Notes: generated by a model not told the origin, from the letters alone. A stretch of 64,000 nt of DNA from Caulobacteraceae bacterium (GCA_025352165.1 JANXTX010000110.1:20-64019); one strand, 5' to 3'. Shown: positions 20,862 to 31,515, numbered from the stretch's first letter. Translations and numbers: made by a program.

Positions 20862-22199
20862 GTGGGTCGTACAATGCATCGAGAAAAGAACGCGGCGCGG
20901 CAACCTTCATGGACTGGCGTGAAAAGGTTGGGCGCAATTGCCCTTCTCATAGCGTCATTGACAGCCGGTGTCGCAGTCTGCGCCCAGCGGAATGCGACCT
21001 CGCCAACTGTGGAAACGAGCAGAACCTCGGGTGTCGGCGCAACACCGCTCATCGTGTTTGGGCAGGTATTCGATTCGCTGGTGACCAGCGCGGCCGATTT
21101 GACGGGACACGTCGGTTTCGTGTGGGGCGACAACAAGAATTTCGGAACCGCCGTTGGTGTCGTGCTCGGGCAATACTCTGCCGGCTACAGGGCGACACCG
21201 CTTCATACGACGAAATGGTTCTATAACCACCATCCGGACTGGATCGTGTATCTTAACGACCGTCATACGGTTGCCTATGAATTCGGTAATACACAAGCTA
21301 CGCCACTGGATATTAGCAACCCTGCGGTGGCGGCCTGGAAGCAGACCGATATAACGGCCGGCTTTCATGGCCAAGCCTGGGTTGATCTCGACAATATCGA
21401 CAGCGAAAACGGCGCCAAGTTCGCCGGTCACTATGTTGGCGCCAAAGCGCCATGCGCCGCTTCCGCGCAACCGTCATGTGGCGGCGTCTGGCATCAGGAT
21501 TATACGGGCGGCCCGCTCGACCCGGTATGGATCGGTGTGGACCTGGCATATGTCACGGCGATGCGGGCCTACTTTAATGCGCATGGCCGCTCCGTGATGA
21601 TCAACAACTCTGAGAACAGCAACCCCGCCTATCTGCGTCCAATCGATCAGATTGCCCTGGCCAGGGCAGCCAACGGTTCATTGTCAGAGGGATTTCCCAT
21701 GGACGCCTGCGCCACGTCTCATGGTTGGATCAACGGACGACCCACTGACACGCAATTTGATGCGGAATATCAGGAGTATATAGCTGAATCCGTCAGTCCA
21801 TTCTTCGCGATCGGCTATCTTTGTAACCATAGTCTTTCTCACGTTACACCTGACGAGGAAGCCTGGGCTACCGCAGCGTTCCTGATCGGGATGCAAAACC
21901 CCAAGCTCAACTATCTGGCCGTGGTTGGTTCTGGAAAAGGCCTGACTGACTACGAAACAATCGAACCCTATCCCGCGAGCATCAATCCGCCTGTTGGGCC
22001 CATCAGCGAGCCGCCGCCCTCTGTCGGTTCAAGACCTTACGTCAGAAACTTCAGCCATGGCATGGCCGCCCTCAATCCATCGAGCACGGCGACGGCGACA
22101 ATCACTGTACCCGCTGGGAAGGATCAATTCGGGACACCGGTCCCGGCTGGGTCGCGGGTGCTCCAGCCCATGACCGGGCTCGTTATCGTAACCCCCTAG
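20862..22199 (+). CDS. secreted hypothetical protein, possibly glycoside-hydrolase-like TIM barrel
   Basis: 445 aa with an N-terminal TM/signal segment. WVDLDNIDSENG-type motifs are reminiscent of GHL/GH114-like families. Weak assignment from memory only. Confidence 0.45.
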   Translation: MGRTMHREKNAARQPSWTGVKRLGAIALLIASLTAGVAVCAQRNATSPTVETSRTSGVGATPLIVFGQVFDSLVTSAADLTGHVGFVWGDNKNFGTAVGVVLGQYSAGYRATPLHTTKWFYNHHPDWIVYLNDRHTVAYEFGNTQATPLDISNPAVAAWKQTDITAGFHGQAWVDLDNIDSENGAKFAGHYVGAKAPCAASAQPSCGGVWHQDYTGGPLDPVWIGVDLAYVTAMRAYFNAHGRSVMINNSENSNPAYLRPIDQIALARAANGSLSEGFPMDACATSHGWINGRPTDTQFDAEYQEYIAESVSPFFAIGYLCNHSLSHVTPDEEAWATAAFLIGMQNPKLNYLAVVGSGKGLTDYETIEPYPASINPPVGPISEPPPSVGSRPYVRNFSHGMAALNPSSTATATITVPAGKDQFGTPVPAGSRVLQPMTGLVIVTP

Positions 22200-22328
22200 G
22201 GCGGCGGTCGGGGGAGCCAATGAAAGCGGCCTGCGGCGACGACAAACCGCAACTAAGGGGCTGACAACGGCGGACAAACGCTGTACACGGCGATGAAATC
22301 GTCCGTTAGCGCTGGATGGCGTGTACGA

Positions 22329-22364
22329 GCGGCGGCCCCTAGAAAGGCCAGCCGCTTTTTGTTT
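22329..22364 (+). terminator. possible intrinsic terminator
   Basis: Stem GCGGCGGCC / GGCCAGCCGC with one bulge, followed by TTTTTGTTT. Lies 130 nt after the 20862..22199 ORF and just upstream of rimP. Confidence 0.4.
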
Positions 22365-22381
22365 GTCCGAATGAAAGGACC

Positions 22382-22936
22382 GTGAAAGGCTTGCGCGGCA
22401 AGACCCCAGAAGAGCAGGGATTGCTGGAGTTGCTTGACCCCGTCGCCGACGCGGCCGGCTTCGAAATCGTGCGGCTGAGGTTGATGGGCGGCGATCACGC
22501 CCGACGCCTGCAGATCATGGCCGAACGTCCCGACGGAACCATGCTGGTGGAGGATTGCGGCGCGCTCGCCCGAGCCGTTTCACAGGTTCTCGACGCGCTT
22601 GATCCGATCAGCGGACATTATCTGCTTGAAGTATCCAGCCCGGGTATCGATCGACCGCTGACCCGCCTGCGCGACTTCGAGATCTGGGAGGGCTGCGAGG
22701 CCCGCATCGAACTCGATCGTGTCGCAGAGGGGCGCAAGCGTTTCCGCGGCCAGCTGGCCGGGGTCGAGGGAGACGCCATCGCCATCAACCTCGAGGGTGA
22801 GGCGGAGACGGCCCTGCTGCCCTTTGCATGGGTGGTTGACGCCAAGCTGGTGCTCAACGACGAATTGCTTAAGCGCGGCGCGGAGGCCAGGGCCTCCCGT
22901 CTGGCGCTCGAAAAACAAACCCTGAGTGAAGAATAA
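22382..22936 (+). CDS. rimP: ribosome maturation factor RimP
   Basis: 184 aa with a GTG start, in the conserved rimP-nusA-infB order. RimP-like sequence ([12 protein letters not shown]). Confidence 0.85.
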   Translation: MKGLRGKTPEEQGLLELLDPVADAAGFEIVRLRLMGGDHARRLQIMAERPDGTMLVEDCGALARAVSQVLDALDPISGHYLLEVSSPGIDRPLTRLRDFEIWEGCEARIELDRVAEGRKRFRGQLAGVEGDAIAINLEGEAETALLPFAWVVDAKLVLNDELLKRGAEARASRLALEKQTLSEE

Positions 22937-22948
22937 GGACCAGACCCC

Positions 22949-24607
22949 ATGACGGTGACGGGTATTTCCGCCAATCGCCTCGAACTGCTGCAGATTGCCG
23001 AAGCGGTCGCGCGGGAGAAGTCGATAGAAAAGGAAATCGTGGTTGAGGCGATCGAGGAGGCTATCCAGAAAGCCGCGCGATCCCGCTACGGCGCCGAGCA
23101 CGACATCCGCGTGCATATCGACCCCAAAACCGGCGAGACGACCATCACCCGCGTGGTCACAGTCGTTGAGGACGACGCCGAGGAGGTAAACGAGTACGCC
23201 CAGAAACGTCTCACCGACGCCCTTCGCGACGACAAGGATGCGGTCGTCGGCAAGACGTACACCGAGGTGTTGCCGCCGTTCGAGTTCGGCCGCGTGCAGA
23301 CGCAGATGGCCCGGCAGGTGGTTACCGGCAAGGTCCGTGAGGCTGAGCGGGAACGCCAGTATGAAGAGTTCAAGGATCGCGTCGGAGAGATCGTCAACGG
23401 CGTCGCCAAGCGCGTCGAATACGGCAATGTCATTGTCGACCTCGGCCGCGGTGAGGCGATCATGCGGCGTGACCAGTCTATCCCGCGGGAAAACTTCCAG
23501 GTCGGCGATCGGGTTCGCGCCTACATCTATGACGTGCGCCAGGAGACCAAGGGGCCGCAGATAATGCTGTCGCGAGCCCACGGCGGGTTCATGGCGAAGC
23601 TGTTCGCGCAGGAAGTTCCGGAAGTCTACGACGGGGTGATCGAGATCCGCGCCGTCGCCCGCGATCCCGGCAGCCGCGCCAAGATGGCCGTGGTCTCCAA
23701 CGACTCGTCGATCGACCCGGTCGGGGCCTGCGTCGGTATGCGGGGCTCGCGGGTCCAGGCCGTGGTCGCGGAACTGCAGGGTGAAAAGATCGACATCATC
23801 CAGTGGAGTCCCGATGAGGCGACCTTCCTCGTCAACGCACTCGCGCCGGCCGAAGTCACCAAGGTGGTGATGGACGAGGAAGACGAGCGCGTCGAGGTCG
23901 TCGTCCCCGACGAACAGCTTTCGCTGGCGATTGGCCGCCGCGGCCAGAATGTTCGCCTCGCCAGCCAGCTGACCGGCTGGCAGATCGACATCATGACCGA
24001 GAGCCAGGAAAGCGAACGCAGACAGCGTGAATTCGCCGAACGGACCCAGCTGTTCCAAGAAGCGCTCGACGTCGACGAAGTGATTGCCCAGCTGCTGGTG
24101 ACCGAAGGTTTCGTCACCGTCGAGGACGTCGCCTATGTCGAACTCGGCGAAGTCGCGGCCATAGAGGGGTTCGACGAAGACACCGCCGAGGAAATTCAGG
24201 CGCGTGCGCGTGACTTCCTCGAACGCGAGGCCGCGGAGTTCGATGCGAAGCGCCGGGCCCTTGGTGTTGCGGACGAAGTGCTTGAAGTCGAGGGCGTGAC
24301 CCTGCCCATCGCCGTCGCTCTCGGTGAAGGCGAAGTAAAGACCGTCGAGGATCTCGCCGGACTGGTGCCTGACGACATTCGCGGTTGGTATGAAGCAAAG
24401 GGCGGCGAAAGGGTTCGTGAACCTGGCCTTCTCGAGTCATTCAACCTGAGTGCCGAGGAAGCTGAAGCGCTGATCATGCGTGCGCGGGTCGCGGCGGGGT
24501 GGATCGAGCCCGAGACCCTTAGCGAGGATGTGGCGGAAGAAGGCGACGCCACTGAACCGGCGCCGCTGGATGAAGCCAGTATCGTATTTGGCGGACGTCC
24601 CGGCTGA
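22949..24607 (+). CDS. nusA: transcription termination/antitermination factor NusA
   Basis: 552 aa with full-length NusA-like sequence: S1 and KH regions plus an acidic C-terminal repeat region. Confidence 0.95.
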   Translation: MTVTGISANRLELLQIAEAVAREKSIEKEIVVEAIEEAIQKAARSRYGAEHDIRVHIDPKTGETTITRVVTVVEDDAEEVNEYAQKRLTDALRDDKDAVVGKTYTEVLPPFEFGRVQTQMARQVVTGKVREAERERQYEEFKDRVGEIVNGVAKRVEYGNVIVDLGRGEAIMRRDQSIPRENFQVGDRVRAYIYDVRQETKGPQIMLSRAHGGFMAKLFAQEVPEVYDGVIEIRAVARDPGSRAKMAVVSNDSSIDPVGACVGMRGSRVQAVVAELQGEKIDIIQWSPDEATFLVNALAPAEVTKVVMDEEDERVEVVVPDEQLSLAIGRRGQNVRLASQLTGWQIDIMTESQESERRQREFAERTQLFQEALDVDEVIAQLLVTEGFVTVEDVAYVELGEVAAIEGFDEDTAEEIQARARDFLEREAAEFDAKRRALGVADEVLEVEGVTLPIAVALGEGEVKTVEDLAGLVPDDIRGWYEAKGGERVREPGLLESFNLSAEEAEALIMRARVAAGWIEPETLSEDVAEEGDATEPAPLDEASIVFGGRPG

Positions 24608-24678
24608 TCCACACGGAGGCAATACCCGCCACTCTGGCCAAGCGCGCCCGCGAGCGGCGCGACATCGTCTCGGGAGAG

Positions 24679-25245
24679 GTGATGGACGAGGCGCGTCTGG
24701 TTCGCTTCGCTGTCGGACCCACTGGCGAAGTTGTCCCAGACGTGGCCAGGAAGTTGCCTGGACGCGGCCTCTGGGTGGCTGCCGATCGGGCGAGCATTGA
24801 GGCCGCCGCCAAGAAAAACCTCTTTTCGCGGGCGGCTCGCGCAAAGGTCATGGCGTCGGCGGACCTTGCGGATCAGGTGGCGACACTGCTCCACCGGAGA
24901 TTGCTGTCGGCGCTGGGACTTGCGCGGAAGGCTGGCGAGCTTACTTTTGGTTTTGAAAGAGTGCTTTCCGCGGTCGCCGGATGCAAAGTGGCGTATCTGG
25001 TCGAAGCCACGGACGGCGCCGCCGATGGCCGGCGGAAGCTGATTTCGGCCGGGCGGCGAAGTGGTAAGCCCCCGAAGCTGATAGGTCTGTTCTCTTCTGA
25101 TGAATTGGGTTTGGCCTTGGGGGGCGAGACTGTGATACACACCGCCTTCCTTGCCGGGCGATATGCGGATCGCTGGACCGACGATGTCGAGCGGCTATCC
25201 GGTTTTCGCCCGCTCTTCCCCGAGCGTTGGCGCGAGGAGCCTTAA
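24679..25245 (+). CDS. YlxR (DUF448)-like RNA-binding protein fused to an L7Ae/YlxQ-like domain
   Basis: Conserved position between nusA and infB, with a YlxR core (LVRFAVGPTGEVVPD...PGRGLWV) and an L7Ae-like C-terminal half. The conserved RERRxIVSGE N-terminal motif lies upstream of the first ATG/GTG, so the true start is probably earlier (see findings). Confidence 0.72.
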   Translation: MMDEARLVRFAVGPTGEVVPDVARKLPGRGLWVAADRASIEAAAKKNLFSRAARAKVMASADLADQVATLLHRRLLSALGLARKAGELTFGFERVLSAVAGCKVAYLVEATDGAADGRRKLISAGRRSGKPPKLIGLFSSDELGLALGGETVIHTAFLAGRYADRWTDDVERLSGFRPLFPERWREEP

Positions 25246-25346
25246 GAAGGGGGGCGGAACGCTGTGGCGGTCCTGCCCCTTGTTAGTGTTTTTAGTAGTG
25301 TCCGGACCGACGGTTACGGTCCGGCGAAGGATAGTCAATCGATCGC

Positions 25347-28300
25347 ATGACGGACGAGAACGAAAAAGGTCCACTGACGCCGACGTCAGGCGCCCGCGCG
25401 CCGCTGACGTTGAAGCCGCGCGCCAGCGGTGCGGTCAGCTCCGGGATGGTGAAGCAAAGCTTCAGCCATGGCCGCACCAAGACAGTGGTGGTTGAGACCA
25501 AGCGCCGGCGCGTCGAAGCGCCCGTGGCGGCCCCGACCGGTCATGCGCCGGATAGACGGCCCGCCACGGCATTCGACGTGCGCGGTCCCGCGCCCCCGGC
25601 CGCGGTCCGCCCGCCCCAGCAGCCGAGCGAACCCGCGTCTGCGCATGGCTTGTCCGAGGATGAACGACGCGCCCGCCAACGGGCCATCGAATTGGCGCGG
25701 CAGCAGCAGGAACGCCAGGCCGCCGAACGCGAGGCGCGAGCCCGCGCTGAACGCGAGGCTGCCGAGGCGCGACAACCGGCGCCCGAACCGCAGGCGCCGG
25801 CTCCCGTCGTTGAGCCCGTTGAAGCGGTCGTCGCTCCCGAACCGGCGCCCGCGCCCAAGCCCGCGCCGGCCGAGCCAGTGGCAAAGCCCGTCGAGGCGGT
25901 GTCCGCTCCGGCAGTAGTGCCTGCGGCCCAAGCATCGACCCCTGCTGCCCCACCAGCTCCAGCTCCCGTGGCGGCGGCCGCTCGGGCCGCGGCGGCGACG
26001 CCAACCCCAGTCGTTCCCCAGCGAGCGGCGCCGCCGCCGCAATCGGCGCGGAAATCTTCGCCCCCGCCTCGCCAGACCGATACGCCGCGCTCGCCTCAGT
26101 CCGGCGGACAAACCCGTAGTTATGAGCCGGGGCGTGATCGCCGCGACGAGAGACCGACGACCACGACCTATCGTCCCGAGCGGACCGGAGCGCCTGTTTC
26201 TTATAATCAGCGCACAGCGCGTCCAGATGCTCCCCGGACCGCTCGCCCGGAATCCGGCGGACCGAACCATCCAGCCCGGGATACAGTCGGCGGCCGGGAC
26301 AGCGGTCCGCAACGGTCCGAACGGCCGACTCGGCCTGGGGAAACCGTACGGTATTCGGCGCTCGCGCCACGCCCGCCCCGCGACGGAGCGCCTCGCCCCG
26401 GCGGCCCACGCCAACCCGGTGGTCCCCGGCCAGCGGTGGCCCCTGCGACGCCCGAGATTCAGCGCGCCACGCGACAGGCCCCCAGGCCTGGCAGCCTCAA
26501 CCTTGATCGGCGGCCGGATTTTGACGAGGAAGAGGCCGCCCGCAAGGGCAAGAGCGGTCCCGGTAAGGCCGTGTCGCGCACCAGGGGCGAGCCAAAACGC
26601 CGGGAAGGGCGCCTTACGATTCAGGCGGTGGCCGGCGATGACGAGGGCGCGGTCGAGCGTATGCGCTCGCTTGCTTCCGTGCGCCGCGCGCGTGAACGTG
26701 AACGTGAGAAGCGGAAGGGAGGAACCCAGGAGGGGGCCAAGGCGTCCCGCGAGGTTGTCATTCCCGACGTCATCACGGTCGGTGAACTGGCCAACCGCAT
26801 GGCGACCCGGGGTGTTGAGGTCATCAAGTTCCTCGCCCGCGAGGGCCTGATGCTGAAGACTACCGATGTGATCGAGTCAGATACCGCCGAACTGGTGGCG
26901 ACCGAATTTGGTCATACCGTCCGCCGCGTTTCCGAAAGCGACGTCGAAACCGGCTTCCTCGCCGAAGAGGATGTTGATGATCATCTGCTGCCGAGGCCGC
27001 CGGTGGTGACCGTGATGGGGCACGTCGACCACGGCAAGACCAGTCTGCTTGACGCCCTGCGGGCAACCGATGTCGCCGGTGGCGAACACGGCGGTATTAC
27101 CCAGCATATCGGCGCCTATCAGGTCCGTCTGGCGGACGGCGAGCGTGTCACGTTCCTCGACACCCCAGGTCACGCCGCGTTCAGCGCCATGCGCGCGCGT
27201 GGCGCCAACATCACCGACATCGTTGTGCTGGTGGTCGCGGCCGACGACGGGGTGATGCCGCAGACAGTGGAGGCGATCCAGCATGCCAAGGCTTCCGGAG
27301 CGCCCATCATTGTCGCCATCAACAAAATGGACAAGCCCGGCGCGAGGCCGGAACGCGTGATCAACGAGCTCCTGCAACATGAAATCGTCGTCGAGGGTCT
27401 CGGCGGCGAAACGCAGGCCGTGGAAGTCTCCGCGCTGAAGAAGACCGGGCTAGACGACCTGATTGAGGCGATTCTCGTTCAGGCGCAGGTTATGGAGCTC
27501 AAGGCAAACCCTGACCGGACCGCTGAGGGCGTTGTCATCGAAGCCAAGCTGGATCGCGGCCGCGGCGCCGTGGCGACTGTGCTGGTAAAGCGCGGGACTC
27601 TCAAGCGAGGAGACATCGTCGTCACCGGGGCCAACTATGGCCGGGTGCGCGCGCTGCTCAACGAGCGCGACGAACAGGTCACGGAGGCCGGTCCGTCGGT
27701 GCCGGTCGAGATTCTTGGCCTTGATGGCGCTCCCGATCCCGGCGAACCCTTCGCGGTCGTCGAGAACGAGGCGCGCGCGCGTGAGCTGACGGAGTATCGC
27801 ATTCGCCTCAAGCGTGAACGCTCACTTGCGCCGGTCGGCGCCGGCGGGTCCCTGGCCGACATGATGGCTAAATTGGCTGACAAGAAGGTCTCCGAGCTGC
27901 CGATCCTGGTCAAGGCCGACGTGCAGGGTTCCGCGGAAGCGATCGTCGGAGCGCTCGCCAAGCTTGCCACTGATGAGGTGCGCGCGCGCGTGATCCTTTC
28001 CGGAGCGGGTGGCATCAATGAAAGCGATGTGATGCTCGCCAAGGGGGCCGGCGCTCCGATCCTCGGCTTTAATGTCCGTGCCTCGAAACAGGCGCGGCAA
28101 CTGGCCGAGCATGAAGGCGTCGAGATCCGCTATTATGCGATCATTTACGACCTGCTGGACGACATCAAAGGCGTCCTCTCCGGGATGCTCGCGCCGATCC
28201 AGCGTGAGACGTTCCTCGGCGCCGCCGAGGTTCTGCAAGTGTTCGACATCTCCAAGGTCGGCAAGATCGCCGGCTGCCGCGTTCGCGAGGGCGTGGTCAG

Positions 28301-28505
28301 ACGGGGCGCGCGCGTGCGTATCATTCGTCAGGACGTCGTCGTGCTCGAACTGGGAACCCTACAGACGCTCAAGCGCTTCAAGGACGAAGTCCCCGAGGTC
28401 ATCTCAGGTCAGGAATGCGGCATGGCGTTCGCCGGATTCCAGGACATCAAGGAAGGTGACTTCATCGAATGCTTCACCGTCGAGGAGATCAAGCGCTCGC
28501 TCTGA
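25347..28505 (+). CDS. infB: translation initiation factor IF-2
   Basis: 1052 aa with G-domain motifs [17 protein letters not shown] and NKMD, and a long Pro/Ala/Arg-rich N-terminal region. Confidence 0.96.
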   Translation: MTDENEKGPLTPTSGARAPLTLKPRASGAVSSGMVKQSFSHGRTKTVVVETKRRRVEAPVAAPTGHAPDRRPATAFDVRGPAPPAAVRPPQQPSEPASAHGLSEDERRARQRAIELARQQQERQAAEREARARAEREAAEARQPAPEPQAPAPVVEPVEAVVAPEPAPAPKPAPAEPVAKPVEAVSAPAVVPAAQASTPAAPPAPAPVAAAARAAAATPTPVVPQRAAPPPQSARKSSPPPRQTDTPRSPQSGGQTRSYEPGRDRRDERPTTTTYRPERTGAPVSYNQRTARPDAPRTARPESGGPNHPARDTVGGRDSGPQRSERPTRPGETVRYSALAPRPPRDGAPRPGGPRQPGGPRPAVAPATPEIQRATRQAPRPGSLNLDRRPDFDEEEAARKGKSGPGKAVSRTRGEPKRREGRLTIQAVAGDDEGAVERMRSLASVRRAREREREKRKGGTQEGAKASREVVIPDVITVGELANRMATRGVEVIKFLAREGLMLKTTDVIESDTAELVATEFGHTVRRVSESDVETGFLAEEDVDDHLLPRPPVVTVMGHVDHGKTSLLDALRATDVAGGEHGGITQHIGAYQVRLADGERVTFLDTPGHAAFSAMRARGANITDIVVLVVAADDGVMPQTVEAIQHAKASGAPIIVAINKMDKPGARPERVINELLQHEIVVEGLGGETQAVEVSALKKTGLDDLIEAILVQAQVMELKANPDRTAEGVVIEAKLDRGRGAVATVLVKRGTLKRGDIVVTGANYGRVRALLNERDEQVTEAGPSVPVEILGLDGAPDPGEPFAVVENEARARELTEYRIRLKRERSLAPVGAGGSLADMMAKLADKKVSELPILVKADVQGSAEAIVGALAKLATDEVRARVILSGAGGINESDVMLAKGAGAPILGFNVRASKQARQLAEHEGVEIRYYAIIYDLLDDIKGVLSGMLAPIQRETFLGAAEVLQVFDISKVGKIAGCRVREGVVRRGARVRIIRQDVVVLELGTLQTLKRFKDEVPEVISGQECGMAFAGFQDIKEGDFIECFTVEEIKRSL

Positions 28506-28534
28506 GTTGCTTGCCCTCCCGCGGGACCGCGCTT

Positions 28535-29146
28535 GTGGGTAACCGCTACGTTTTGATTTCGGGATGCTCCGGCGGCGGGAAATCGACGTTACTCGACGAA
28601 CTCGGGCGACGCGGGTACCGCACGGTCGAGGAGCCTGGTCGCCGGATTGTTAGAGAGGAACTTGCCGGGACCGGCCTGGCGCTGCCGTGGGTCGACGGGG
28701 CGGCGTTTGCCCGCCGCGCGATTGAGGTTGCGCTCGTGGACCGCCAAACGGTTGCCGGGACGACCGGCTGGGTGTTCTTCGACCGCGGCCTGGTGGACGC
28801 GGCCAGCGCGCTGCAACACCTTACCGGCGATCCTGGGGCGATGAATGTCTGCCGCGCCCATCGATATGCCCCACGTGTGTTCCTTACACCGCCATGGCCC
28901 GAGATCTATGTGACCGACCCCGAACGTCGGCACGGCCTTGACCAAGCCCTTGAGGAATACGGTCGCCTTGTTGAGATCTTCCCCGCGCTGGGCTACCAGG
29001 TGAGTGAGCTGCCAAAGGTCAGCGTGACCGAGCGCGCGGATTTTGTCCTCGACACCCTGGATCGACAAGGGCCGGATGGAAAGATGCAGGCAAACGACCG
29101 ATTGGCAAACGCCGGTCGCGTCCCCACATCCAACGGGACGCAATGA
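28535..29146 (+). CDS. AAA/P-loop ATPase family protein
   Basis: P-loop GCSGGGKSTLLDEL right after the GTG at 28535. The track ATG at 28469 lies inside the infB 3' end. Confidence 0.6.
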   Translation: MGNRYVLISGCSGGGKSTLLDELGRRGYRTVEEPGRRIVREELAGTGLALPWVDGAAFARRAIEVALVDRQTVAGTTGWVFFDRGLVDAASALQHLTGDPGAMNVCRAHRYAPRVFLTPPWPEIYVTDPERRHGLDQALEEYGRLVEIFPALGYQVSELPKVSVTERADFVLDTLDRQGPDGKMQANDRLANAGRVPTSNGTQ

Positions 29147-29182
29147 CCAACGAATTTAAACGACGCCAACTGGCAGGAATGC

Positions 29183-30067
29183 ATGACTGACACGCCCCCC
29201 TACACACCACCTGCCGTCTGGACCTGGAACAAGGAGAACGGTGGCCGCTTTGCGAATATCAACCGGCCGATTTCCGGAGCGACGCACGAGCAGGATCTGC
29301 CGGTTGGCCAACACCCGTTGCAGCTCTATTCCCTGGCGACGCCGAACGGCATCAAGGTCACGGTGATGCTGGAGGAGTTGCTGGCGCTCGGCCATGCCGG
29401 AGCCGAATATGACGCGTGGCTGATCCGTATCAATGAGGGCCAGCAGTTCGGCAGCGGATTTGTCGCGGCGAACCCGAATTCGAAGATTCCCGCGCTGGTA
29501 GACCACAGCGGCCCAGCGCCGATCCGGGTTTTCGAGTCGGGAGCGATCCTGCTCCACCTGGCTGAGAAATTCGGCGCCTTCCTGCCGACCGATGCCGCAA
29601 GCCGCGCGGAGTGTTTTTCATGGCTGTTCTGGCAGATGGGCAGCGCGCCCTATCTCGGCGGCGGCTTCGGTCACTTCTATGCCTATGCGCCGGAAAAGAT
29701 CGAGTATGCGATCGATCGTTTCGCCATGGAGGTGAAACGCCAGCTGCACGTTCTCGACACCCGGTTGGGCGAGGTGGAGTATCTGGCGGGCAAGGACTAC
29801 ACCATCGCCGACATGGCGGTCTGGCCGTGGTACGGCGGGCTTGCCAAGGGCGCGCTCTACGGCGCGGGCGAGTTCCTGCAGGCGCAGGAGTACAAGAACG
29901 TGCAGCGCTGGACCGACCAGATCGGTGAACGCGCAGCCGTCCAGCGTGGGCGGATGGTCAATGCCGCCTGGGGCGATCCCGCCAGCCAGCTGCACGAACG
30001 CCATGACGCGGGCGACTTCGAGACCAAGACGCAAGACAAGATTTTGGCGGCGCAGGAACAAGGCTAG
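29183..30067 (+). CDS. yghU: glutathione S-transferase, YghU-like (Nu class)
   Basis: 294 aa; LYSLATPNGIKVTVMLEELL and overall YghU/YfcG-like sequence. Confidence 0.75.
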   Translation: MTDTPPYTPPAVWTWNKENGGRFANINRPISGATHEQDLPVGQHPLQLYSLATPNGIKVTVMLEELLALGHAGAEYDAWLIRINEGQQFGSGFVAANPNSKIPALVDHSGPAPIRVFESGAILLHLAEKFGAFLPTDAASRAECFSWLFWQMGSAPYLGGGFGHFYAYAPEKIEYAIDRFAMEVKRQLHVLDTRLGEVEYLAGKDYTIADMAVWPWYGGLAKGALYGAGEFLQAQEYKNVQRWTDQIGERAAVQRGRMVNAAWGDPASQLHERHDAGDFETKTQDKILAAQEQG

Positions 30068-30126
30068 CGCCAACCTGGGTGTTGCTGGTTCTTCCCCTGG
30101 TCGGAATCCATTGAGGAGCGAAAGCC

Positions 30127-30417
30127 GTGGTCAAGGCAATCTGGAACGGAACAGTGATTGCCGAGTCGGCGGAGACGGAGGTTGTCGAAGGCAACCACTA
30201 TTTTCCGCCAGGGGCCTTGAGCAAGGAGTTCTTCCGGCCGAGCGAAACGAAATCGGTCTGCCCCTGGAAGGGAACTGCCAGCTACTACTTGATAGCCGTG
30301 GGCGATAAGGTTAACGCCGACGCTGCCTGGTACTATCCGGAGCCCAAACCCGCGGCGAGCCAGATCGCGGGCATGGTTGCGTTCTGGAAAGGCGTGCGGG
30401 TCGAGACGGCGACCTGA
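30127..30417 (+). CDS. DUF427 domain protein
   Basis: 96 aa; AIWNGTVIAES...GNHYFP...CPWKGTASYY pattern typical of DUF427. Confidence 0.7.
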   Translation: MVKAIWNGTVIAESAETEVVEGNHYFPPGALSKEFFRPSETKSVCPWKGTASYYLIAVGDKVNADAAWYYPEPKPAASQIAGMVAFWKGVRVETAT

Positions 30418-30426
30418 GGCGCGGCT

Positions 30427-31515
30427 ATGAATGTCACTACGCCGCGCCGGGTTGGCAAGAGCCGTCTGGAAGTCGCGCCGCTCGGCTTCGGCGCTGGGCC
30501 GCTGGGGGATCGCCGCGTCCCGGCCGAGGCCAGTGTCGAGGCAGTACGGGCCGCCTGGGGCGGGGGCGTACGTTTCTATGACACCGCTCCCTACTATGGC
30601 ATCGGGCGTTCCGAACGCCGACTCGGGGTGGCGCTCGGAGAATATGAACCCCGCGAGAGCTTTCAGATCAACACCAAGGTGGGCCGGACCCTCGAGCCCG
30701 AACCGTTGCGAGACGACAGCAGGAAGACCTTTTCGCCAGACGGCCAGGTGCGCACGCCTCGCGATCGGCTGAGCGGTCATCGCGTGCAATTCGACTATAG
30801 CGAAGGGGCGATCCTGGCCCAGCATCGGGATTCGCTCGAGCGCCTGGGCCAGCCCTATGTCGACGGCCTCACCATCCACGACCTTGACTACGGCCACCAG
30901 TGGCCCGAACAGGTAGATGCCGGCGTCCAGCAACTGTCACGCGCCGGCGGTGGTGGCGCGCGGGCGTTGGAAAACCTGCGCGACGCGGGTCTGATTGCGG
31001 CCATCGGGGCCGGTTGCAACCGTGAAAATCGGACCCACGACACTTGGCAGGGCGGACGTCAGGAGGACCTGATCGAGCGCCTGCTCGATGCAGTCGACCT
31101 CGACTTCCTGATCCTCGCCGGGCCCTACACCCTGCTAGACACCATCGCGCTGCGGCGAGTGCTGCCGCTGATGCAGTCGCGTGGGGTGGGGGCGATCATC
31201 GCCTCGCCGTTTGCCGGCGGCTGGTTGATCGATCCCGAGCGGATTCCTTATATGTATGGCGAGACGCCCGATGATGTGCACGCGCGGACCGGCCGGATGG
31301 CGGCGCTGTGTCGAGCGCACGACGTGGAAATCGGCGCGGGGGCGCTGCAGTTCGTATTGGCCCACCCGACAGTGGCGGCCGTTATCCCGGGGGCAAAGAC
31401 GGCCACCGAAGCGCGGGAAGCGCGGCGTCTGCTGGAGACGCCGGTCCCGGGTGATCTGTGGCTCGCCCTGAAGGCCGAGGGGCTTCTCGACGAAGCGGCG
31501 CCGACGCCTATTTGA
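30427..31515 (+). CDS. aldo/keto reductase
   Basis: 362 aa with AKR-like N-terminus (LGFGAGPLG, FYDTAPYYG). Confidence 0.78.
   Translation: MNVTTPRRVGKSRLEVAPLGFGAGPLGDRRVPAEASVEAVRAAWGGGVRFYDTAPYYGIGRSERRLGVALGEYEPRESFQINTKVGRTLEPEPLRDDSRKTFSPDGQVRTPRDRLSGHRVQFDYSEGAILAQHRDSLERLGQPYVDGLTIHDLDYGHQWPEQVDAGVQQLSRAGGGGARALENLRDAGLIAAIGAGCNRENRTHDTWQGGRQEDLIERLLDAVDLDFLILAGPYTLLDTIALRRVLPLMQSRGVGAIIASPFAGGWLIDPERIPYMYGETPDDVHARTGRMAALCRAHDVEIGAGALQFVLAHPTVAAVIPGAKTATEAREARRLLETPVPGDLWLALKAEGLLDEAAPTPI

Noticed and set aside
22580-24058. 492-aa ORF on the minus strand
   Set aside because: Antisense to rimP/nusA. No recognisable motifs and an Asp/Leu/Gly/Arg-biased composition mirroring the nusA codons.
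25386-26414. 342-aa and 315-aa minus-strand ORFs, plus alternate-frame plus-strand ORFs, in the infB 5' third
   Set aside because: They lie in the Pro/Ala/Arg-rich low-complexity region of IF-2, where all six frames stay open. The infB frame continues into a canonical G domain.
30064-30933. 289-aa minus-strand ORF
   Set aside because: Antisense to the DUF427 and aldo/keto reductase genes, both of which have family-typical motifs.
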